From positions 61-64,060 of the forward strand of contig CAZLEO010000008.1 in NCBI GenBank assembly GCA_964558555.1: a stretch of 64,000 nucleotides of DNA, written 5' to 3'. The translations under genes and the position numbers were made by a program. This stretch comes from an uncultured Rickettsiales bacterium (GTDB lineage: Bacteria > Myxococcota_A > UBA796 > UBA9615 > CAYRNR01). The notes beneath the pieces are model-generated. The model was not told where the DNA came from. It saw only the letters and a list, made by a program, of their open reading frames with translations, and did no database searches. Positions within the stretch are counted from its first letter, which is position 1, and each line of letters begins with the position of its first letter. Below, in pieces: positions 57,634 through 64,000 of the stretch.

Positions 57634-59009
57634 AGCGCCCCCCTCCCTTGGCCCACGCGGGCCTGCAAGGCCACGCCCGCACGCCACCAGGGGGACAGCA
57701 GACGGTCCGTGCCCACGGCGGTGCGGAAGACGATGCCCAGTTGACCCCACTTGGGCCGCACGGGAAGGACCAGGCTCCCCTGGAACCGGGCCTCCCCGAC
57801 GGTGGCCTGGGTCCCATCCAGGCCCTGGAAGCGATAGATCCCGGCCTCACCCCAGAGGTGGACCGGGCCGACCTGGTGGCGCATCCCCACGCCGCCGCCG
57901 GCGTACCACGATGCGCCCACGGACGTGCCGGTGCCGTAGAGGCCCAGTCCGGACCAGTCGAAGGCCAGCTTTGCGGTGCCGCCGACCGCGACTCCCGTCT
58001 CCACACCCGGGGGGATCTCGGAGTCCTCGGCCACGACCTCGTAGCCCTCGGTCTGCTGCCCGATGGTGGGGCCGCCCTCGACACGGAGGCTCAGGTCGTT
58101 GGCGGGCCGGAGCTCGAACGAGACCTCGGCCACGCCGTAGTCCTCGGGGCGGAGGGTCTCCACGATCGAGGCGGCGGACCAGGGCACCGTGATGGGGGGC
58201 AGGCCGTAGTAGCGCCCGCCCAGCCTCAGCCTCGCGCGCGTCCCCAGCGGGAGCGAGGACTGGACGCGCGCCGCGAATCCAACCCCCCCGGAGTCCTCGA
58301 CCCCCTCGGTCTCGCCGTCGATGCCGAGCTCGCCCAGCGCCAGCAGGGACACCCCCCGGCTGCTGCGCAGGGTCGTGCTCAGGTGGATGCGGTGGGTCAG
58401 GTTCACCGGCGTGCGGCGAATGTCGTACCCGGCGGCGAGGCCGAACGCCCCCGGTGAGATGCGGAACTGCGCGCCGCCGCCCACGTCTCCGCCGATGTCG
58501 ATCGCCTCCGGGTGGCCCACGCGGCCGCCCCACAGCGACACCCCCACCGGATCGTCCATGCCGAGGTTCAGCAGGACGCCGTCCACGCGGGTCAGGCCGA
58601 GGGTCCCGGCGTGGACGTACCGGCCGGCCGTGATCGACACCTTGGGGCCGTTGTACTGCACGGCCAGGCGCTGGATGCTCGCCTCGTCCCAGGCGTACAC
58701 GTCGGTGGTGGCCAGGGGGATCAGCAGCTGGCCGTCGGCGATCACCCGGAAACGCGGTGAGAAGCCTGCGGTGAGCGACAGCCCATGGCGCATCCGGGCC
58801 CAGGTGTCGCCGTTGGACTCCGGCAGGACCTCGATGGACGAATGGCCCTCGGCCTGGCTCTGGCTCGCAAATGTACCCGCGCTGGCCAAAGAGGCAAAAG
58901 CCAGCAGGGGGACCAGCACCAGGCCGAAGGCCCACCGTCCGGAGCGAGTGGGCGCGCTCCGGAGCAGAGTTCGCCGTGGTTGCAAGAGGCGCACGGCCCT
59001 ACTCCTCAT
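57630..59009 (-). CDS. Porin-like outer-membrane beta-barrel protein (MtrB/PioB/OmbB-like context).
   Basis: Signal peptide. Glycine/aromatic-rich alternating beta-strand pattern throughout. No cofactor motifs. Flanked on both sides by cytochromes. Confidence 0.6.
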   Translation of the reverse strand: MRSRAVRLLQPRRTLLRSAPTRSGRWAFGLVLVPLLAFASLASAGTFASQSQAEGHSSIEVLPESNGDTWARMRHGLSLTAGFSPRFRVIADGQLLIPLATTDVYAWDEASIQRLAVQYNGPKVSITAGRYVHAGTLGLTRVDGVLLNLGMDDPVGVSLWGGRVGHPEAIDIGGDVGGGAQFRISPGAFGLAAGYDIRRTPVNLTHRIHLSTTLRSSRGVSLLALGELGIDGETEGVEDSGGVGFAARVQSSLPLGTRARLRLGGRYYGLPPITVPWSAASIVETLRPEDYGVAEVSFELRPANDLSLRVEGGPTIGQQTEGYEVVAEDSEIPPGVETGVAVGGTAKLAFDWSGLGLYGTGTSVGASWYAGGGVGMRHQVGPVHLWGEAGIYRFQGLDGTQATVGEARFQGSLVLPVRPKWGQLGIVFRTAVGTDRLLSPWWRAGVALQARVGQGRGAL

Positions 59010-59277
59010 CCTCGAGGTGGACTGGCGGGTAGGCGTGGCACAGGGAGCAGTGGTAGACCGACGTACCCTCGATCCGTCCGTCCTCGTCCTCGGCGTGGCA
59101 CTCGAAGCAGGCGGTGTCGTCCTCCTCGACGTCCTCCATGTGCAGGCGCGAGTACCCTTCGGGATGGGGGAATCCTCCCGATCCGTACCCCTCGGTGACG
59201 TCCACGGGCACGCCGCAGCTCCCCACGGCCAGCCCGAGCGCGCACGCCAGCAGGGTCCTGGAAATCCAGCGAGTCAT
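58999..59277 (-). CDS. Diheme c-type cytochrome lipoprotein.
   Basis: MTRWISRTLLACALGLAVGSC lipobox. CFECH and CSLCH. GGAG Shine-Dalgarno sequence. ATGA overlap with the upstream gene. Confidence 0.7.
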   Translation of the reverse strand: MTRWISRTLLACALGLAVGSCGVPVDVTEGYGSGGFPHPEGYSRLHMEDVEEDDTACFECHAEDEDGRIEGTSVYHCSLCHAYPPVHLEDEE

Positions 59278-59837
59278 CGATGCGCTCCACGCGGTGGCGG
59301 GGTGCGCCGGACCAGCAACCACAGGATCAGCAGATACGACGGCCAGGGCGCCGAGACATCGCCGGCGAGCGAGTACACGCAGCTGGCGGGAGCTTCGTCC
59401 TCGCCGGCGGAGTCGTCGTCGTCGGAGATGTCCGCGCACTCGTAGACCGGCAGCTCTTCGAGGACACTGAGATCATCCCCCGGGTTGCTGGTCTCCTCGA
59501 ACGCGGCGTCCTGGCCGTAGGTCCATTCGCCGCAGGGATCGCCGAGCTCCTCGCCGTTGGTCTGACCGTCGTCGTCGGAGTCGAGTGCGTACACCGCGGG
59601 CCAGATGGGTTTCGGGTTGACGTAGTCGTCGTAGGTCAGCGCGACGTCGACCCCGAACCAGGTGAGGTTCAGGGCCCTGTCGATGTCGATGTGACAGGCG
59701 CCGCAGTCGTGCGTGGCGCCGTTGGGGATCTCGGTGCTGAACAGGTTCCGCGCCTCGGCCGGGGCGGCCGGGAGCAGCGCGAGGAGGCACACCACCGCCA
59801 TGGCACGGGGTGCGGCACATGGCGGTCTGGTGCTCAT
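59274..59837 (-). CDS. Monoheme c-type cytochrome with a C-terminal TM anchor.
   Basis: Signal MAVVCLLALLPAAPAEA. Single CGACH. C-terminal hydrophobic helix. Acidic region. Confidence 0.6.
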   Translation of the reverse strand: MSTRPPCAAPRAMAVVCLLALLPAAPAEARNLFSTEIPNGATHDCGACHIDIDRALNLTWFGVDVALTYDDYVNPKPIWPAVYALDSDDDGQTNGEELGDPCGEWTYGQDAAFEETSNPGDDLSVLEELPVYECADISDDDDSAGEDEAPASCVYSLAGDVSAPWPSYLLILWLLVRRTPPPRGAHR

Positions 59838-60496
59838 GTGCCGCTGGCCCCGTGCCGCGCACCCTCTTCCTCGAGCAAGACCTCGGTGAGGCGCGCCAGC
59901 TCGGCGTAGAAGGGTCGCCGTGCCGCTTGCCGCACCTTCCGACAGAATGGGGGAACCCAGCGAGAGAGATCCTGTCGGTAGAGGTAGCGTTCGGAGTTGA
60001 GGATGCGCTCGGCTCGTTCGTCGTCTCCGTCCTGTAGTGCCCCGGCCTGGCTCTCGAGGAGCTTGGCGTACAGCTCCAGCTCGTGGGCGACGTGGTCCGG
60101 GATTCCGTCGTAGCTCTGTCCGCCGAACTCCAGGCCGTGGTCCTTGGCGAACCGACGGATGCGGCTCGTGGTATTGCCCCAGAGGTTGCCCTGCCTGGTG
60201 TCGTCCGGGTGGTGGACCGATCCGTAGGGCGGCACGTGCTTTCCCGGCCCCAGGAAGACCCTGGAGTACTCCCGGCGGATGGCCGTGAGCTCGTCCGCGT
60301 CCGCCAGGGCCTCCTGCTCGAGGTCGAAGCCCTCGCGCTGCAGCAGCCCCAGCGTTCCCGAGCTCGCCAGCTTGTCGCCCAGCTCCTCGGTGACCTCGCT
60401 GCGGTACAGCGTCGCCATGAGTCGGTACAGGGCCGCCCGCTCGATGAGAGCCAGGGGTTGTGTCGTCGTGCTGTCGGACATGTCACAGCTCTCCAT
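59834..60496 (-). CDS. TorD/DmsD-family redox-enzyme maturation chaperone (REMP).
   Basis: TorD-like helical protein (REYSRVFLGP...PPYGSVHH motif region). Confidence 0.7.
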   Translation of the reverse strand: MESCDMSDSTTTQPLALIERAALYRLMATLYRSEVTEELGDKLASSGTLGLLQREGFDLEQEALADADELTAIRREYSRVFLGPGKHVPPYGSVHHPDDTRQGNLWGNTTSRIRRFAKDHGLEFGGQSYDGIPDHVAHELELYAKLLESQAGALQDGDDERAERILNSERYLYRQDLSRWVPPFCRKVRQAARRPFYAELARLTEVLLEEEGARHGASGT

Positions 60497-60552
60497 TGCC
60501 GGCCCGGAGGCCGGGCCGGCTCGAGTTCGGGGTTGAGGTGCCTGTCGCTGCG

Positions 60553-63429
60553 TCAGGCGGGCGAAACGCTGACCACCGTGTCCATGAACCGCAGCCCGCC
60601 GCCGATGGGGTCACCAGCGTTGGGCATGATCCAGTTGGGCCGGAAGCCCTTGCTGTTCCACCAGATCTCGTCCTTGTCCACGTCGTTGGCGCCGTGGTCG
60701 GTGTAGTCCGCGTCGTCGCCCAGCGGGTGGGTCTCCTCACCCGCCGTGGCGTAGCGTCCGTAGGCCCAGTGATCGAAGTGGTGGGACACGGCGATCACCT
60801 TGGGGTGGATACCCTGGACGACCTTGGCGGTGACCGTGATGGAGGACCGGGCGGTCCCTTCGGTCACGATCATGTCCTTGTCGTTGATCAGCTCCGCGGT
60901 GCGCGTGATGGTGATCTCGTCGCCGTCGGCGATCCCCAGGGACGCGGCCGTGGACGCGTTGATCCAGGCACCCTCGGAGTGATCGAGCTCGCTGAGGTAC
61001 TTGCAGTTCTGGCTGCGCGAGTGGATCTGCGTGGCCAGCTTGAACGTGGTCAGGATGAGCTCGTCGGCGCCCATCTCGTCGTGCTCGGGGATGCGCATCC
61101 ACACGGGCAGACCCGGGTAGTGGCCCATCTCCATGATCACGGACTGGAGCTCGAAGAAGCCCGACTTGTTGATCTTGTCGGGCGCGAACCCCTCGTACAC
61201 CGTCCCCGAGTCGTCGATCACCTGGCCGACGTAGTGCTTGTACGACTTGGAGGTGTTGCGGTAGCCGTCGTTGAACTCGGCCTTGGTGCACTCCCAGACG
61301 ATGCCCTCCTCGTCCATGAAGACGTAGTCGTCCTCGTCCTCGTCGTCGACGGTCTCGGGATCGGTCAGGTCCACGTCCACGACGTTGTCGTACTCGCCGT
61401 ACTTGGGTTCGGCGGACGGGTCGTGCCACGCCCCTTCGGCGGTCATGAAATCGAACCCGTTGGCGTATCCGGCGCTCGTGCCGGCGTTGTCCACGTCCTC
61501 GGTGTCGTTGCACGCGGCCTCGACGAAGTTCTCCATGCTGCCCACGGCGGCCACGTCCTCGAGGGGATCGTCGCCACCTTCGCTGAGGCGGCCGGCCAGG
61601 TCGATGAGCACGTCCTGCATGTTGCGGACCTCGCCCAGCGGCGAGATCACCGGCTGGCGGATGTAGAACTCGGGGACCATGTCGTACGAGACCATGTCCT
61701 CCCAGTCCCAGCGCTCGAGGTACGTGGCGTCCGGCAGGATCAGGTCGGCGTACATGGCGGCCTCGGTGTACGCGACGTCGGACACCACGATGTACGGGAT
61801 CAGGCTCTCGTCCTTGAGGACGTCGATGTTGTCCTGCATGTCGCCGTTGGCGTAGGCCGGGGTGTAGCAGTACACCAGGTACACCATCGGGCGATCCTCG
61901 GGCGCGGCCGCGCGGATCTCCTTGAGCACCTGGTGACTGGCGTGATGCGACGGGGCCACGTAGGCGTCGTCGTTCTGGACCGACAGCCCGGTGGTGTCGT
62001 TGCTGGGCTTGGGGAAGGTCGAGGAGTACGACCAGCTGGCGCCCACGCCGTGGACGCGGCCGCCTTCGCGGTCGATGTTCCCACAGAGCCCCTCGAGCAT
62101 CTGCACGGCGTTCTCGGTCACGGTGCCGTTGAAGTGCATCACGGCGCCGCGGTAGCTGATGATGGTGCTGCCGGGGCTGCCGGCGGCGTAGGCCTCGGCG
62201 ACCATCTCGATGTCCGCCGCGGACACACCGCTGAGGCCCTCGGCCCACGCGGGCGTGAAGCCACCTGCGGGCTGGTCGTCGGGATCCCAGTAGTCGATCA
62301 TGTCGGGATCGGCGTCGCGGCAGGCCGAGATGTAGTCGGCCGGGTTCTCGAGCAGGTCACGCAGGCGCTCGAACTTGCTGTCGAAGCCCAGCGGATCGAC
62401 GTTCGACCAGTCGTTGATGAAGTCGATGCCCGCCTGGGGCGCCAGGTCGTTGGTGACGATGTGGTAGGTCATCGCCAGGACGACCGCCAGATCGGTGCCG
62501 GGCTTGATCGGCAGCCACTTGGTGGACTTGGCCGCGGTCTCGGAGAGCCGGACGTCGAAGGTGTAGGTCTCCGCGCCCTCGTGGATAGCCTCGCTGAGTC
62601 GCGTGGCGAACGGGATGTGGCTGGTGTGCGCGGCCAGCGGATTGGAGCCGAAGTTGACGATGACGCTGGAGTTGATCACGTCGTTGACGTCGTAGTGCTT
62701 GCCCCAGACCAGCTCCTGGCTCGTCCACTTGTTGGACTCGCAGATGGCGGTGTGCCCCGCATAGGACTTGGAGCCGAACGCGGGCAGGAAGTAGGACTTG
62801 GCCAGCTTGGACGACGAGCCCTTCATGCGTCCGTAATGGAACATGAAGTACTTGGGATCGGCGGCGCGGGCCTCGGCCATCTTCGCGGTCAGCTCGGTGA
62901 GGGCGTCGTCCCAGGAGATGCGCTCCCACTGGTGGTCGCCGCGAGCGGTCCCGGCGACGCGCCGCATGGGGAACAGCAGGCGATCGGGGTCGTAGACCTG
63001 ACCGATGCCACCCTGCCCCTTGGCGCAGATCTTCCCTCGGGTCTTCTGCGCCCTGGGGTTGCCCTCGATCTTGGCCAGGCGGCCGTCCTCGACGTAGCAG
63101 ATGATCCCGTCGCGGCAGACGCACTGCCAGCAAGCGCTGGGGATGGCGGTGCGCTCCTCGCCGGTGACGGGCGAGTAGTCTGTCATGGTGCCGTCGACCG
63201 TATCGCCGACGATCACGTCGTCGAACTGGACCGTGTCGTCCGGGCACTCCTCGGTCACGACATCGTCGTCATCGACGTCATCGGCGCATGCCGCGATCGC
63301 GGCGCCCACGCCGAACACCAGCGCGCTCTTGGCGCCCAGAGAGGTCAGCAACTCCCGACGCGACGACGCGCGCTCGGTCTCGGCACCCTCGGCGGTCAGC
63401 GCATCATTCTTCTTTGATTCGTCCTTCAT
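60553..63429 (-). CDS. Second molybdopterin oxidoreductase catalytic subunit (958 aa; TtrA/PsrA-like), Tat-exported.
   Basis: Twin-arginine signal SRRELLTSLGAKSALVFGVGAAIAACA. Cys motif CWQCVCRDGIIC. Mo-bisPGD domain architecture. AAGGAG Shine-Dalgarno sequence. Confidence 0.8.
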   Translation of the reverse strand: MKDESKKNDALTAEGAETERASSRRELLTSLGAKSALVFGVGAAIAACADDVDDDDVVTEECPDDTVQFDDVIVGDTVDGTMTDYSPVTGEERTAIPSACWQCVCRDGIICYVEDGRLAKIEGNPRAQKTRGKICAKGQGGIGQVYDPDRLLFPMRRVAGTARGDHQWERISWDDALTELTAKMAEARAADPKYFMFHYGRMKGSSSKLAKSYFLPAFGSKSYAGHTAICESNKWTSQELVWGKHYDVNDVINSSVIVNFGSNPLAAHTSHIPFATRLSEAIHEGAETYTFDVRLSETAAKSTKWLPIKPGTDLAVVLAMTYHIVTNDLAPQAGIDFINDWSNVDPLGFDSKFERLRDLLENPADYISACRDADPDMIDYWDPDDQPAGGFTPAWAEGLSGVSAADIEMVAEAYAAGSPGSTIISYRGAVMHFNGTVTENAVQMLEGLCGNIDREGGRVHGVGASWSYSSTFPKPSNDTTGLSVQNDDAYVAPSHHASHQVLKEIRAAAPEDRPMVYLVYCYTPAYANGDMQDNIDVLKDESLIPYIVVSDVAYTEAAMYADLILPDATYLERWDWEDMVSYDMVPEFYIRQPVISPLGEVRNMQDVLIDLAGRLSEGGDDPLEDVAAVGSMENFVEAACNDTEDVDNAGTSAGYANGFDFMTAEGAWHDPSAEPKYGEYDNVVDVDLTDPETVDDEDEDDYVFMDEEGIVWECTKAEFNDGYRNTSKSYKHYVGQVIDDSGTVYEGFAPDKINKSGFFELQSVIMEMGHYPGLPVWMRIPEHDEMGADELILTTFKLATQIHSRSQNCKYLSELDHSEGAWINASTAASLGIADGDEITITRTAELINDKDMIVTEGTARSSITVTAKVVQGIHPKVIAVSHHFDHWAYGRYATAGEETHPLGDDADYTDHGANDVDKDEIWWNSKGFRPNWIMPNAGDPIGGGLRFMDTVVSVSPA

Positions 63430-63442
63430 GATGCTTCTCCTT

Positions 63443-64000
63443 TCAGATGCTGGGGACGTCGAGCTGGCGACCTGCGTCGCCGCGGATGTCGTAGCCGGTG
63501 TCGTAGACGTCGGAGTCGAGGTCGATGTAGTACAGCGCCGGGTCGGTGCCCGAGCCGCCGAGCAACACGGTGACCCGGTCGCCCGCGGCCTCGATCTGCT
63601 GGCTGATCTCGCTGTTGGGATCATTGAGGTTGCCCGTGACGCGCGCGTTGGCCGGACAGGTGTTCACGCACGAGGGCACGATCCCGTTGGCCAGGCGGTG
63701 GATGCAGCTGTTGCACTTGTCCACGGGGTGGGGATCGCTGATGGACAGTCCGAACTCGGCGGGGTCCCCGCCGGCGGTCTTGGAGTAGTCGAGGAAGCGG
63801 GCGCCGTAGGGGCAGTCCGCGACGCAGTACCCGCAGCCGACGCAGCGGTCCTGGTCCACGTGGACCAGGCCGTCGGGGCGCTGGTAGGTGGCGCGAGCCC
63901 AGAACTGGGCCGTGCCCCCGCCGGGGAACTCGAGGTTGGCCATGATCGGCGTGGTCGGGCAGCGCTCGAGGCAGACCGGCTCACGGCAGTGGTTGCACCG
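63443..64000 (-). CDS. 4Fe-4S iron-sulfur subunit partner of the second molybdoenzyme. Partial: the N-terminus lies beyond the window edge.
   Basis: CVGCGYCVADCP and CNSCIHRL...CPANA clusters. Translating upstream of the internal Met gives CNHCREPVCLERCP, so the gene continues past 64000. Confidence 0.75.
   Translation of the reverse strand, partial: RCNHCREPVCLERCPTTPIMANLEFPGGGTAQFWARATYQRPDGLVHVDQDRCVGCGYCVADCPYGARFLDYSKTAGGDPAEFGLSISDPHPVDKCNSCIHRLANGIVPSCVNTCPANARVTGNLNDPNSEISQQIEAAGDRVTVLLGGSGTDPALYYIDLDSDVYDTGYDIRGDAGRQLDVPSI

Overview
This is a 64-kb, very GC-rich (~68-70%) chromosomal segment. It looks myxobacterial (Myxococcota-like): MopE-type putative metal-binding motifs, a Myxococcus-type cysteine-rich tandem repeat protein, many lipobox lipoproteins and a WD40 STAND kinase. 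Coding density is high and there are no rRNA, tRNA or CRISPR genes. The main content, in order:

(i) A duplicated BIME/REP-like array of alternating hairpins (1-935) upstream of a leucine-rich-repeat lipoprotein.

(ii) A SUFU-like / AlkD-like / RES-Xre toxin-antitoxin block.

(iii) tyrA (prephenate dehydrogenase-chorismate mutase) next to a cyanobacterial acyl-ACP-reductase (AAR)-like oxidoreductase.

(iv) An ECF sigma factor immediately followed by a ~1867-aa protein: anti-sigma zinc finger, Ser/Thr kinase, NACHT-like ATPase, then ~14 WD40 repeats.

(v) A dense island of secreted proteins and lipoproteins, including three paralogues that share an unrecognised ~70-aa domain.

(vi) A type III polyketide synthase locus (ICMT-family methyltransferase, B12-radical SAM, GNAT, crotonase, type III PKS, divergent PP-loop ATPase).

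(vii) A DegT aminotransferase with two large GT-C-like membrane proteins.

(viii) HtrA, and a RAYT (REP-associated tyrosine transposase) with REP-like hairpins.

(ix) A ~19-kb, single-strand operon (45.1 to >64 kb) with tight overlaps. It encodes tatA/tatC, moaC-mobB, moeA, two Psr/Ttr-like molybdopterin oxidoreductases (catalytic + 4Fe-4S subunits, one NrfD anchor, a TorD-like chaperone), seven c-type cytochromes carrying 41 CxxCH motifs in total (one fused to an NHL beta-propeller), two small cytochrome lipoproteins and a porin-like outer-membrane beta-barrel. This looks like a previously uncharacterised porin-cytochrome electron conduit wired to two molybdoenzymes, and it is the most striking system in the window.

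All gene starts were chosen by hand from signal peptides, Shine-Dalgarno-like sequences and overlaps. Many long ORFs in the supplied track are GC-composition artefacts antisense to real genes.
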